A stretch of DNA of 64,000 nt from Methanobacteriota archaeon (GTDB lineage Archaea; Halobacteriota; Bog-38; Methanoflorentales; Methanoflorentaceae). This document shows, piece by piece, positions 1-10,184 of the stretch. Position 1 is the stretch's first letter. Every line of letters begins with the position of its first letter. The notes under the pieces were generated by a model that was not told the DNA's origin, made no database searches, and saw nothing but the letters and a program-made list of their open reading frames with translations. The translations under genes were made by a program, and so were the position numbers. The stretch covers positions 32,001 to 96,000 of the forward strand of contig CAVRAO010000006.1 in assembly GCA_963719035.1 (NCBI GenBank), given 5' to 3'.

Positions 1-409
1 AAGCACGTTTCACGGACGAGACGTCTTCGCACCTGCCGGGGCACACTTAGTAATGGGTCGCCTGCAACGCCTTGCGCCCACGCCGACTTATGTCGACCTT
101 CTCCTCCAAGAACCGCATTCGTCTGAAAACGCCGTTTCAGGAACCATTTTATATGTCGACCGGTTCGGCAACTGCGTGACGAATATTCCTGGAACGTTGA
201 TGATACAGCGCTCAGGCTTTGGCAGCTTACATCACCTCAACGGCGTCACAATGATCCAGTTTGTGCAGACGTACGACGAAGTGGCTCAAGGGCACCCTTT
301 GCTCACTGTAGGGAGCTTTAACTTAATAGAGATCGCCGTGAATAAAGGTAGCGCTGCAACTGAGCTAAATCTGAAGTTGGGCGACCAGATCTCGCTGGAA
401 AGGCGGTAA
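1..409 (+). CDS. SAM hydroxide adenosyltransferase / chlorinase-fluorinase family (DUF62), 5'-truncated by the window edge
   Basis: Frame from nt 2 reads STFHGRDVFAP, followed by YVDRFGNCVTNI and EIAVNKGSAA, which are DUF62 motifs. Confidence 0.9.
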   Translation, partial: STFHGRDVFAPAGAHLVMGRLQRLAPTPTYVDLLLQEPHSSENAVSGTILYVDRFGNCVTNIPGTLMIQRSGFGSLHHLNGVTMIQFVQTYDEVAQGHPLLTVGSFNLIEIAVNKGSAATELNLKLGDQISLERR

Positions 410-460
410 CGCTTTTGCCAAAAAACGAAATTTGTCGCAGAATTTTATGAGCGGGTGCCC

Positions 461-928
461 TTAGACTCGCGAATCCACGCCTTCAAGTTGAAGCAGCTTT
501 CGCTTTGTTTCGAGCCCCCAGCTATACCCGCCGAGGTCAGCTACTCCCACCACTCGATGGCAGGGGACAAATAGAGGAACGGGGTTGCGACGCAACGCGT
601 TCCCGACAGCTCGCGCTGCTCGTGGGTTCCCCAGCTTCGCCGCCAGTTCTGAATACGTTACAACGCTTCCCAGTGGTATTTGCCGTGTGTATTCCAGCAC
701 GGCTCTTTCGAACACGGAGCAGTTTTCGAGATCGACAGGGAAGGTGCTGAGTTCAACGTTCTCCCCTTGCAAGTATCTCTCAAGGGCTTGCACAGCTGGT
801 TCCGCACTCTTCGGGTTGTTAGGACGAGAGCGCGGTTCGAGCACCACCTGTTGCACCACCCCTCCTTCAAGCACGATCGATACGAATCGCGCGAGAAATT
901 CAGAATAAAAAGACGCGGTTTCTTTCAT
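461..928 (-). CDS. ogt: Methylated-DNA-protein-cysteine methyltransferase
   Basis: TYSELA..G.P.AARAVG helix-turn-helix and the PCHRV active site. Confidence 0.95.
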   Translation of the reverse strand: MKETASFYSEFLARFVSIVLEGGVVQQVVLEPRSRPNNPKSAEPAVQALERYLQGENVELSTFPVDLENCSVFERAVLEYTRQIPLGSVVTYSELAAKLGNPRAARAVGNALRRNPVPLFVPCHRVVGVADLGGYSWGLETKRKLLQLEGVDSRV

Positions 929-949
929 CGTTTCAGCGTCCGTTACTGT

Positions 950-1630
950 TTATAGTAGATACCAATCGTTATCGCCCACCGTTTTTTCCGGCGTCTCTAA
1001 GGGCACATCTTGCGGCGAAGCCTTTGAGATCGAGAGTAACGCAGCCTTTAAGTCAGCCAAGTAGTGAACGTTGCTGAGGCTCCCGTACTCAAACTTCCTG
1101 CCTCGCACCCGACAACGTTCGAGCGTTGCCTCGTGCGGCACGATGGTTACGTCCAAGTCAGTCTTCTGACTTGCCCTTTGCATGGCTTTCCGGAAGTCAC
1201 CCGTGCAGTAAGCAATTCGATGTCTATACGTGTTTCGCGTCTTGTCCAAGTATTGGAAAAGTCGGCCACTCTCGAGCTCAACGAATCTCTTCTTGACGGA
1301 TAGGACGTTGCAATTTCCAAGCACGAAATCATAATGAGCGAAGGGATATTCGGTATCAAGTTCCCGCGGCGTTACCCCACACGTTCCAAATGCAACGATA
1401 TGCACTTCGCCAGGGGCTAAAACGCTGAAAATGACCTTATCATAATTCCTGTGACTCGGACTCGTATGATACGGCTTTACCTTAGCGCACGGCACAAAAA
1501 CGCAGACGTCGCGCACGGGCGGGGCGTATTCACGCAGCACGTACTCATTTGCCCTAACCATGTCAGGGTGGGAGAACACTTTCTCTCCAACTAACGGAGC
1601 GGATGAGCGTTCTGATTCAGGAATAATCAT
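950..1630 (-). CDS. DUF5591 / archaeosine synthase-related standalone domain protein
   Basis: PCAKVKPYHTSPSH and G.TPRELD.EYPFAHYD resemble ArcS-family motifs; no PUA domain seen. Confidence 0.7.
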   Translation of the reverse strand: MIIPESERSSAPLVGEKVFSHPDMVRANEYVLREYAPPVRDVCVFVPCAKVKPYHTSPSHRNYDKVIFSVLAPGEVHIVAFGTCGVTPRELDTEYPFAHYDFVLGNCNVLSVKKRFVELESGRLFQYLDKTRNTYRHRIAYCTGDFRKAMQRASQKTDLDVTIVPHEATLERCRVRGRKFEYGSLSNVHYLADLKAALLSISKASPQDVPLETPEKTVGDNDWYLL

Positions 1631-1651
1631 TCAGCAGTGAGCCTGGTCAGC

Positions 1652-2248
1652 TCATAAGAGGCTGAGGCTTTTAAGCTCCTTCACGATTCGATCGACCGCA
1701 TTAGCCGCATCTTCGGGCTTTCGACCGCCGGTGACAACCAGTTTGCCGGAACCGAACAAAAGAACGACCACTTTAGGTTCCGACAACCGGTAAACAAGAC
1801 CGGGAAACTGCTCAGGCTCGTACTCAATGTTCTCAAGCCCAAGGCCGATCGCAATGGCATTTAAGTTCAAAACTGCGTGAAGATCCGCGGAGGCAACGAT
1901 GTTTTGCACCTTGATCTCCGGCGTTCCCTGGACGTCGATCCCGATATTTCTGAGGCTTTGAAATACGTTTTCCAGACCCTTGTACACGTCATCGATGCTC
2001 TTTGCGCCCGTGCAAACGATTTTTCCCGATCGAAAGATGAGTGCAGCGGTCTTCGGGTCCTTCGTGCGGTAGACAAGGCCCGGAAACTGTTCCGGATCGT
2101 AATCTGCTCCCTCTAAAGCAAGCGTTACTTGCTTCAGATTTATTTCTATCCCAATGCCGGTGGAGGCAACCACATTTTCAATCTTAATAGTGTCCCGCGG
2201 TTCAATCGTTGCGTCTCCAACCATTTCGTCTTCCTTCCTTCGAACCAT
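1652..2248 (-). CDS. tbp: TATA-box binding protein
   Basis: Two repeats: ENVVAS...[12 protein letters not shown] and QNIVAS...[12 protein letters not shown]. Confidence 0.98.
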   Translation of the reverse strand: MVRRKEDEMVGDATIEPRDTIKIENVVASTGIGIEINLKQVTLALEGADYDPEQFPGLVYRTKDPKTAALIFRSGKIVCTGAKSIDDVYKGLENVFQSLRNIGIDVQGTPEIKVQNIVASADLHAVLNLNAIAIGLGLENIEYEPEQFPGLVYRLSEPKVVVLLFGSGKLVVTGGRKPEDAANAVDRIVKELKSLSLL

Positions 2249-2269
2249 TGCGTCTCCCTTCCCTGTTGC

Positions 2270-2294
2270 TTTATAAAGGCTTTATATATATAAC
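2270..2294 (-). promoter_or_regulatory. TATA-like promoter region upstream of tbp
   Basis: TTTATAAA and TTTATATATATAA lie about 25-45 nt upstream of the tbp start. Confidence 0.55.
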
Positions 2295-2540
2295 GTTAAG
2301 GGGCGCTCGTCGCTGTTCTGAAAGAAATTCAGCCCAAAATCTCGCTTGAATGGCAAATACGCGTGCACAGCAATTTTATCTACCTCGAATGTCTGTGTAC
2401 ATATGCATACGGGGCTGCTACTCAAGCTCAGGCCGTTGGGGGGTAGTAAAGCCGACCAAGGCTTAAGTTGGATCGAACTGCATTTGCGTGCGATAAGCTA
2501 AACGGCATTAGCGGGCACTATAAACGAGGAACCGAACAAC

Positions 2541-3521
2541 ATGAGACTAGCGTTCGAGCTATCTGGAGAGAGTGAAAGCATTCCGCGAGCTGAGGTTCTC
2601 GCCATCTTCCGCGGGGTTGTGGTTCAAGAGATGGAGCGTGTGCTTGTAATGGACGTCGAAATCTACGACCAACCGCTGGCCAATCGACTTGCAATGACGC
2701 ACGCAGTAATCGAAGTCAAGGATGTGTGCGCACAGAAGCTCACGTCTATTTACCAAGCGGCCCAAAACATTGAACTACCTCGTGTCAGCGTCGCTGTCCG
2801 AGCTAAGCGAATCGGGCACGGTCTGAGAAGCGTCGACGTTGAAGCTACGATCGGAAAGGCCCTTGCTGAGCGCGGATTTGAGATAGACCTTGCTCATCCG
2901 CAACTCCTCGTGAGGGCATTACTGAGCGAAGATGTCTGTATAATTGGAAAGACGTTAACACAGATCAATCGCTCTCAATTTGAATCGAGGCGCCCACGTT
3001 TTCGGCCATATTTCTATCCCGGCGTACTACTGCCTCGGATCGCACGAGCCGCCGTAAACCTCTCTGGCATAAACGCTCAAGAGCTCCTATTCGACCCCTT
3101 TTGTGGCACTGGAGGTTTGCTTCTTGAAGCAGGACTCATCGGAGCAACTGCTGTAGGGTCGGATGTTGACAGCAGGATGGTGTTTGGAACAAAGATGAAT
3201 CTCGACTACTACGACATAGAGAATTCCTTGCTAGTTCAAGACGCTAAGCAGTTGGCGCTAAAAGATGCATGCGTAGACGCAGTCACAACTGATCTTCCAT
3301 ATGGACGTTCTGTCAGCATCCGCGCCCAATCGCTGGAGCAACTGACGGGGATGGCCTTGGACGAAATCCATCGTGTACTCAAGTCTGACGCGCGTGCCGT
3401 TTTGATATCACACAACCCAATTGAGCGTGAAGTTTTAGATGCAGGTTTCACGATTGAGGAGCGTCACGCTCAATACGTTCACAAGAGTTTAACAAGAGAA
3501 ATTGTTGTGGTGCACAAATGA
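2541..3521 (+). CDS. trm11: tRNA (guanine-N2, G10) methyltransferase, Trm11/TrmG10 (THUMP + MTase)
   Basis: THUMP region, DPFCGTGG SAM-binding motif, TDLPYG, and C-terminal VHKSLTR. Confidence 0.92.
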   Translation: MRLAFELSGESESIPRAEVLAIFRGVVVQEMERVLVMDVEIYDQPLANRLAMTHAVIEVKDVCAQKLTSIYQAAQNIELPRVSVAVRAKRIGHGLRSVDVEATIGKALAERGFEIDLAHPQLLVRALLSEDVCIIGKTLTQINRSQFESRRPRFRPYFYPGVLLPRIARAAVNLSGINAQELLFDPFCGTGGLLLEAGLIGATAVGSDVDSRMVFGTKMNLDYYDIENSLLVQDAKQLALKDACVDAVTTDLPYGRSVSIRAQSLEQLTGMALDEIHRVLKSDARAVLISHNPIEREVLDAGFTIEERHAQYVHKSLTREIVVVHK

Positions 3522-3651
3522 GATGCGAGCGACCTTGATGGCGAAGAAGAGTCCTCTGAGTCCCATCCTTCTAGTTCGCTGATACGCTTACCGGGATGTC
3601 TCTGAGAAGCTTGCGAAGCGCACCTGCGTCAATCTTAGACCATATAGGACC

Positions 3652-3942
3652 CTATACGCGATGCATGTAGCGGAAGATGTTTTCGTGCTGGGCGGTGACG
3701 AGCACCCCTTGGGCTACTCCGATTGATTCCAAGCCTTTTTTTAACTCCTCAAAGTTTGCAGAGCCGATAGCAACGATCATGATCATCGTGAACACCCCGG
3801 ATACGACGGTCTGACTGATGTCTTCGATGTTGGCATTGGCAGTCGCTAACAAGTTTGCCAAAGCTGCGACGATTCCGGGATGGTCAGAGCCCGTAACCGT
3901 TATAACGATCCGCTCGCTACGCTTTGAGCTTGTCACGTTCAA
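3652..3942 (-). CDS. ACT domain protein (UPF0237-like)
   Basis: ITVTGSDHPGIVA...NIEDISQT...IFRYMHRV. Confidence 0.88.
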   Translation of the reverse strand: MNVTSSKRSERIVITVTGSDHPGIVAALANLLATANANIEDISQTVVSGVFTMIMIVAIGSANFEELKKGLESIGVAQGVLVTAQHENIFRYMHRV

Positions 3943-3950
3943 TCAACCTC

Positions 3951-5945
3951 TTATTTGATTTTAGTGCCAGATGGAACCTTTTTCGATGGTCGAATGAGTA
4001 CCGCTCTACCCTCGTGCTCTGCGGCGAGAAGCATGCCGTGAGATTCTACACCCATCAACTTCACAGGTCGGACATTTGCAAGCACGACAACGTCAGTGCC
4101 AATGAGTTCCTCGGCCAAGTAGTCTTTGGCAATTCCTGCAACAACTTGCCGCGTTTCATCGCCCAATTGCAGCGTGATTCGCAGGAGCTTATCCGATTTC
4201 TTGACCGATTCGGCTTCTAAAATGCGAGCTATCCGCAGATCCATCTTCTCAAAATCTGCTAGCTCGATTGTCGCCTTTTTGGTCCGAACGTCGTTCGCGG
4301 GAGCCTTCTGAACCAACCCAGCCATTCTCCTACTGAGTGTGGCCTCAAGTTCCGCGATCTTTTTCTCGTCGATCTTTGCAAAGGGCAGGGTCGGCTGGTC
4401 CAGTCGCAACGGTTCAACCTCAACAGTGGCATCCGAGAAATGGGTCGAAGTAACACCGAGCTGCGCCTGTACCCCCTTCATTGTTGACGGCATAACAGGT
4501 TCCAAAAGTACCGCTAAGGCCTTCACAAGCTGAATGCAGTTCTTGACTTCTCGCGCGCACGCTTCCTTGTCAGATTTTACCAGTTTCCAAAGTGCTTTGG
4601 ACTGGAAATAGGCGTTGCCGAAGTCTGACAAAGACATCGCCGCGTCGACGAGCTTCTTAAATTCATAATCCTCTAACGCATTCACCATCTTTTCGCGTGT
4701 CGCCGCTATTTGCTCGATTATCGCCGCGTCAACTGGCGTGTCTGGAATATAACCGAAGTTCTTGTACGAAAAATGCAGTATCCGATAAATGAAGTTGCCG
4801 AGGGACCCGACGAGTTCACGATTAACTTTTTCCCCAAATACTTTCCACGAAAAATTCAGTTCCTTCGTGTGTGAGGTGTAGCACGCGAGATAATACCGCA
4901 GCAGGTCAGGATGGAACCCGTGGTCGAGGTAATCGTCATCAACCCAGACGACGTTGCCCCGACTTTTAGAAAAAGTCTCGCCATCGACTTTAACCATTCC
5001 CGAAGCAACGATGGCCGCGGGCCTCGTGTAGTCTGCTCCTTTTAGCAGCGCTGGCCAAAAAACGGCGTGATGGTAGATTATATCGCCGCCGATAAAGTGA
5101 ATGATAGTCGACTCCTTCTTCCAATAGTCTTCCCACGTACTTGTTGCCTCTTCCGTAAACGAAATGTACCCAATAGGAGCGTCAACCCACACGTAGACGA
5201 CGAGATCAGTTCCCGGAAATGAAACCCCCCATGAGAGGTTCCGTGAAATGCACCAGTCCTTGAGCTCATTTGTCACCCATTGTTGCGCATAGTTGCGGGC
5301 ATTGGCGGTTCCTCCGAGCGTCTCAAGATACGTCGACAAGAAGTCCTTAAACGCCGAGAGTTTAAAGAAGAAATGCTCCTCTTCTCTGTATTCAGCGCTT
5401 GCTCCGCACGTTTTGCACTTCGGGTCGATGACTTCTCCCGATTCGAGATGGCGCCCACACCCCTGATCGCACTCGTCTCCGCGCGCTGGCATCCCGCAAA
5501 AAAAGCACACCCCCTCGACATATCGATCTGGCAGGAAGCGATCGCAGTCCGGACAATAAGCCAATCTAATGACCATCGGATAAATGTAGCCGTTTTCTTG
5601 AAGCGCTTTTACGATTTCCTGCGTTCTGAAGTGGTTTGTAGGTGCGTCGGTATTTCCATAATGACTGAAGTCAACTGCCAATGCCTTGAAGGTGTCCTCC
5701 CAGTAGCGGTGGTAGTAAGCGGAAAGCTTCTCAGGTGTGGTCCCCTGCTGTTCAGCGTTAATAACGATCGGAGTTCCGTGAGTGTCAGAACCGCACACGA
5801 AAAGCGGGTTCTGTCGAAGCTTTTTAAGACAGCGAACGTAGATGTCTGCAGGGACGTAAGTCCTCAGGTGACCGATATGGCAAGGGCCATTGGCGTACGG
5901 CAATCCGCACGTGATAAGTAGTGGCTTATTCGTGACTGACGTCAT
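3951..5945 (-). CDS. metG: Methionine-tRNA ligase with C-terminal tRNA-binding domain
   Basis: LPYANG..HIGH, zinc-knuckle cysteines, FSKSRG (KMSKS-like) and a C-terminal Trbp domain. Confidence 0.98.
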   Translation of the reverse strand: MTSVTNKPLLITCGLPYANGPCHIGHLRTYVPADIYVRCLKKLRQNPLFVCGSDTHGTPIVINAEQQGTTPEKLSAYYHRYWEDTFKALAVDFSHYGNTDAPTNHFRTQEIVKALQENGYIYPMVIRLAYCPDCDRFLPDRYVEGVCFFCGMPARGDECDQGCGRHLESGEVIDPKCKTCGASAEYREEEHFFFKLSAFKDFLSTYLETLGGTANARNYAQQWVTNELKDWCISRNLSWGVSFPGTDLVVYVWVDAPIGYISFTEEATSTWEDYWKKESTIIHFIGGDIIYHHAVFWPALLKGADYTRPAAIVASGMVKVDGETFSKSRGNVVWVDDDYLDHGFHPDLLRYYLACYTSHTKELNFSWKVFGEKVNRELVGSLGNFIYRILHFSYKNFGYIPDTPVDAAIIEQIAATREKMVNALEDYEFKKLVDAAMSLSDFGNAYFQSKALWKLVKSDKEACAREVKNCIQLVKALAVLLEPVMPSTMKGVQAQLGVTSTHFSDATVEVEPLRLDQPTLPFAKIDEKKIAELEATLSRRMAGLVQKAPANDVRTKKATIELADFEKMDLRIARILEAESVKKSDKLLRITLQLGDETRQVVAGIAKDYLAEELIGTDVVVLANVRPVKLMGVESHGMLLAAEHEGRAVLIRPSKKVPSGTKIK

Positions 5946-6349
5946 TTTGGAGTCCTTGCGCCGTAATATTTATTTTTGTGGTTGGCAACTGCGGCAATCA
6001 CACCAGTAGATGATTGACGTAAGCCCTTCCAAACTGAGTACGACATCGCAGATTGATAACTAGTCCTTTGTGCAGGCACCGCAACAAATCTACAAGGGCT
6101 AGTTACTAGTGCATTGTGATAATGGCCCTCTATTTTAACTCTTCGAGATCGACGCGCTTGATATCATTATCGTGGTCCCGCAAGGAACATTTCGCTGCAC
6201 AAAGCAAATAGCATTGTGGAAGACTCGTACGACCGACTTTCAGCCGTTTCTCCAGGCTAGCCTGCTTGAGAAGGTTTAAGCTTTAGAGACCACTGATCAC
6301 TGTGCAAGGATATCACTGGTCTAACCATACACAGAATGGAGGTTATTAA

Positions 6350-6823
6350 ATGAGCGTAAACGATACGTGTAAAGCTTGTGGTGCTCAGCTACCCCAAAAC
6401 GCACAATTCTGCATTCAATGTGGAACTGGAGTAAGTGAGGCAGAGGCGGGAGATGGCATAAGCAGGGAGACCACAGCACCGTCTCCGATTACTATAGACG
6501 GGGTAATAGTGGTCAGTTCAAACTGGATCCCAGGATACAACATCGTAGAAACACGAGGATTCATCTACGGCCTTACAGTTAGGAGCAGAGGGCTTGGGAG
6601 GAACATTACAGCTGGGCTCCGTTCTATCGCTGGAGGAGAGATCCACGAATACGTCGAGATGATGCAACATGCGAGAGATGAGGCGCTATATCGGTTAGTC
6701 GGGCACGCCAAGTCAGTCGGAGCAAACGCCATAATAAGCGCTTATTTTGACTCGTCAGAGATCTCTGACTATATGCAGGAGATCTTGGCATACGGAACGG
6801 CTGTGATCGTTGACACGAAGTGA
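6350..6823 (+). CDS. Zinc ribbon + YbjQ/UPF0145 heavy-metal-binding domain protein
   Basis: N-terminal CxxC..FCxxCG, then GLRSIAGGEI..Y and GANAII...AYGTAV. Confidence 0.88.
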   Translation: MSVNDTCKACGAQLPQNAQFCIQCGTGVSEAEAGDGISRETTAPSPITIDGVIVVSSNWIPGYNIVETRGFIYGLTVRSRGLGRNITAGLRSIAGGEIHEYVEMMQHARDEALYRLVGHAKSVGANAIISAYFDSSEISDYMQEILAYGTAVIVDTK

Positions 6824-7024
6824 CGGCGTGCATCTTAAGGGCACTTCGCGACGCGCAAGCGAGGATTGTGTTCGCTGCACGACTTCAGTTGTTTCGAACG
6901 GAACTAGTTTCACGAGCGGGGGGTGAATCAGGCTTCATAACCCTTTCAGAAGTTTAACGTCAGCCCTGAGGTTACCCGCTGCTGCGGATTCAAAAAGGAC
7001 GAACGATAATAGGGGGCCTAGAGA

Positions 7025-7660
7025 TCATTCACCAAGAAGATCGGGGCGAACCTTGCCTAAATAATCAACGACAAAGCCGGTAATGATAGCCTCGGGGACT
7101 GCTACAATCAGGTTAAGTATGGGAATCTGAATCAAGTAGGTAATCAACGCGACGCCGTGCAGTTCGCTTCCTTGTATACCCGAAATTACTAAAACGGCAA
7201 GAAGAATAACGTTACCAACGAGCAGCCCTAAAATCGCAGCTACGGCGCCTCTCGTGAACAGCTCAAGCCGACCTCTTGTCATTCTAAAGACATAGAACGC
7301 TACCGTGATCTCACTCAAGTTCACAAGCGTATTGGCGCCCACAAGCCCCCACCCCCCATGACCCACAGCCGCGCTCAAGATGTTAACAATGAGGATGATT
7401 AACGATCCGATACCCGGCCCTGCTAAGATCCCAATCAGCGGAGTGAGGTTCATATGAACACCGCCTGCTAATGGAATATCGATTTGGAAAACTGCAAAAG
7501 AGACGGCTGCAAGCATGCCTGCGATTGCCAACCGCTGAGTCGGGATCGCGTGCTTTCTGGTCGCAATGAGTGCAACAACAAGCAAAGCAAGGGCTAGTAA
7601 CCACCAAAATAGGACCCATTGGATAGGGAGGACGCCGTCGGGAAAATGAATGTGTGCCAT
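7025..7660 (-). CDS. CbiM/NikM-type ECF S-component (Co/Ni)
   Basis: N-terminal HI.PDG-like motif, GHGG..VGAN, EAIITG and multiple TM helices. Confidence 0.85.
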   Translation of the reverse strand: MAHIHFPDGVLPIQWVLFWWLLALALLVVALIATRKHAIPTQRLAIAGMLAAVSFAVFQIDIPLAGGVHMNLTPLIGILAGPGIGSLIILIVNILSAAVGHGGWGLVGANTLVNLSEITVAFYVFRMTRGRLELFTRGAVAAILGLLVGNVILLAVLVISGIQGSELHGVALITYLIQIPILNLIVAVPEAIITGFVVDYLGKVRPDLLGE

Positions 7661-7766
7661 AGCAATGCCCAGCCAAATCTAACGAACTACTCACTCAATT
7701 TGTTACAAGTAACTTTCTGTATAACGGTGGCCAATGGTGATGTGTGCGTCGAACCTCAAGAAGGCG

Positions 7767-9776
7767 TCAACCACATTCGAGTGAGTCTTCATCGAACGCC
7801 TTACATCCGTACTTTTCTAAACCCGCCGGTTCCATATTCAGCGTTCTAAATCGATGATACGGCCAATCGTAAATGATGACCGGATTGGCAAGTGTCCTTG
7901 CTCCCCTCCCAAAAAGCGATATTCGTGCGTAGCTACTGGTTGCCTCATCCAAAGGATGCCCCCCTTCTGCCTCATCAAAAAGCCGATCGATGTACCCCCG
8001 AAAGCGAGGATAAGACCTTTTGTACCACTCCCGTGCAAGATCAAACTGATCCACTTTTTTTTCAAGCGTAGCGCCTCGCACCTTGATGCATTTTGATTGG
8101 AGCGTTAGTGTACAATCAGCGGCATGTGATCCCCCCAAGTCTCTGTGAAAAAGCGCTGTATTTGTCTCTACTTTTTCGAATCGGGATTGGCTTGCAGCCT
8201 CAATTCTTGAAAAGGCCGCGATTATCGCCACTGGGGAATCTTGCATCTGGCGTTTTACGCCTTCGACCAGCGAGGTTTCCTTGAAACGGACTCTTTTCCG
8301 AATAGGGTCCGATGGTTTCTCGCTATCGGACGACTGAACCGGGAACTGATCAAGGACTAGCAGCGTTGGTAGAGCATGATCCACGCCAACTCGATCTTGA
8401 GCGGTGCGTACGGCGCGTCTCACGTCTGAACCGGTCATTTCCGAATTTGCCTCTATCATTACAAGGCATGGGGCTATTCGCCTGCTCAATCGTTCTCCTG
8501 CCTCAACTACCCGCTCCAATATCGTTGCATCCCCGTCGTAAAAGCCATTATTACGATACTGCGAGAGCTCCTTCGCATCGACGCTGCAGTGTCGTGCGAG
8601 TGCGCGTTCCGTAAAGTCCTCCTTGCTTATTCCGCGACTTACGAATACCGTGGGGAACCGGCGTTGTGCGGCAAATTCAGCACACCACGCACTGAAGTCC
8701 GTGGCCTCCACGGCCGACGATGCATTGACTATGTATAACCTGCCTGGCTTCCAGCCGCCGTCCAAAGAAGCGTTTAGCCACTCTGAGGGGGCGGGAACTG
8801 CGCCGCACCTGTTGGAGAAAAGGTTCGTCATGAAGTCACTAAGGTCTTGCTCAAAGAGGTGGTTTTTGTTGCACGCCGTGATCGACAAGTCACTTGATTG
8901 TTCCCCGAGAGTTCTCAAGATGATATCAAGTGGAAGCACACTCGACGCTAAGGCAACCGCAGCTTGACGAACGAGTTCTTGGGCCCGTAGCCTGGCCCCG
9001 CGCGCTGCAATAACGTTCAAATACTCGATAAATCTGTCGTGCCGGCACGATGGGCGGCTTTGAAGCCGCTGTACGTATTGTTCTATCTCATCTACGTGCG
9101 GTCGCATTTCAGGGCTTCGAGAGAGGCTGGCCAAAATTGCGGTGCATCGAATCGGTCGACCGTGATAGGCGAGGTACCGACATACGTGCCAGAGCACGCG
9201 ATTGAGAGGCACACAAGTGCCATCTCTGCATCCATACTCATCGATAAACCCCTCACAACGGAGGCCCACCCTCAGCCCTTCGCCGATGCTCTCCGGATTG
9301 CTTAACAAATACGTAAGGGTCTCCTGCTCGATCCGGGCCTCAGTCTCGCCACTTTGGCGACTCGATTCGTCACATGGCTCTGCATGATAGTACTCACAGC
9401 CCCAGCCAGTACACGCCCCACGTTCTCGGAGTTTCGTGCTGGGCCAAACGTCCTCACAGCTCCAATGGTTCGTCTTAGGGTTATCTCGAGCCCGTGAAAG
9501 GCATTCCGTAAACTGCTTGAACTCGCTTCCTCCCCGCACGCCCGCACTGAACGAGTCGGAGTGCTTTAACATCGTCTTAGCCATTTTTGTTCCTTGCACG
9601 TCGTTTAGCCCTTTCGTCACCACATATCGCGCGAGGAGCGCGCGCGCCTTATCGCATTCCATGTCAGAAGGCACGCCGTGACGCAAAAGATGGCGAACAC
9701 ACGGCGGATGACGAACTCTGTCGCGAAAAGACTGCTGAAGCTGAAGTTCCTTCTCTTCACTGGACACGTTTCTCAC
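7767..9776 (-). CDS. Fusion of a PriL-CTD-like 4-Cys domain and a degenerate DnaB-like helicase
   Basis: 669-aa ORF with GAGG before a GTG start. PPC...SC...C...C at the N-terminus, DnaB-like N domain, and a RecA-like domain (LDGGWKPGRLYIV, LLVLD). Confidence 0.65.
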   Translation of the reverse strand: MRNVSSEEKELQLQQSFRDRVRHPPCVRHLLRHGVPSDMECDKARALLARYVVTKGLNDVQGTKMAKTMLKHSDSFSAGVRGGSEFKQFTECLSRARDNPKTNHWSCEDVWPSTKLRERGACTGWGCEYYHAEPCDESSRQSGETEARIEQETLTYLLSNPESIGEGLRVGLRCEGFIDEYGCRDGTCVPLNRVLWHVCRYLAYHGRPIRCTAILASLSRSPEMRPHVDEIEQYVQRLQSRPSCRHDRFIEYLNVIAARGARLRAQELVRQAAVALASSVLPLDIILRTLGEQSSDLSITACNKNHLFEQDLSDFMTNLFSNRCGAVPAPSEWLNASLDGGWKPGRLYIVNASSAVEATDFSAWCAEFAAQRRFPTVFVSRGISKEDFTERALARHCSVDAKELSQYRNNGFYDGDATILERVVEAGERLSRRIAPCLVMIEANSEMTGSDVRRAVRTAQDRVGVDHALPTLLVLDQFPVQSSDSEKPSDPIRKRVRFKETSLVEGVKRQMQDSPVAIIAAFSRIEAASQSRFEKVETNTALFHRDLGGSHAADCTLTLQSKCIKVRGATLEKKVDQFDLAREWYKRSYPRFRGYIDRLFDEAEGGHPLDEATSSYARISLFGRGARTLANPVIIYDWPYHRFRTLNMEPAGLEKYGCKAFDEDSLECG

Positions 9777-10184
9777 ATCCTCGATCGCGAGCCCGCACTT
9801 GAACAGATATGCGCCAACTACGGCTGGGACGAATCATCTCGTATTTTGTCGAGTTACGCCGGGTTCTTGCTCCTTTTGACGTGTGGTATAGCTTACCTAA
9901 GCGATCAGCGAAAGTATCCGCCTAACAGAAAAGACCGTATTTATCCGTAATTTGACTGCTGATATAAACCGTCGAACGTTCTTCTGACGCCCCTCCCCAC
10001 TTTCAGCACCTACGGCTGCAAAACACGTCGGTCTCTTTGTATCATTAACTCCAGATGCCCCTTTTGGGAAAACGCGTGCGCCATACGACTTACTTTAGGT
10101 ACATCCGCATGCAAAGGTGCGCCGAAACAGCGGACAATGAAATTGTTTAAATAAGCCCAAAACATTAAAAAACTACGTGGTCTA

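Noticed and set aside
2412-2455. Weak hairpin upstream of trm11
   Set aside because: Mostly G-U pairs and bulges, with no recognisable RNA family motif.
6915-6980. Interrupted hairpin (AGCGGG/CCCGCT, TCAGG/CCTGA) resembling an H/ACA guide
   Set aside because: No ACA box at the stem base on either strand. It lies between convergent genes and may only be a terminator-like structure.
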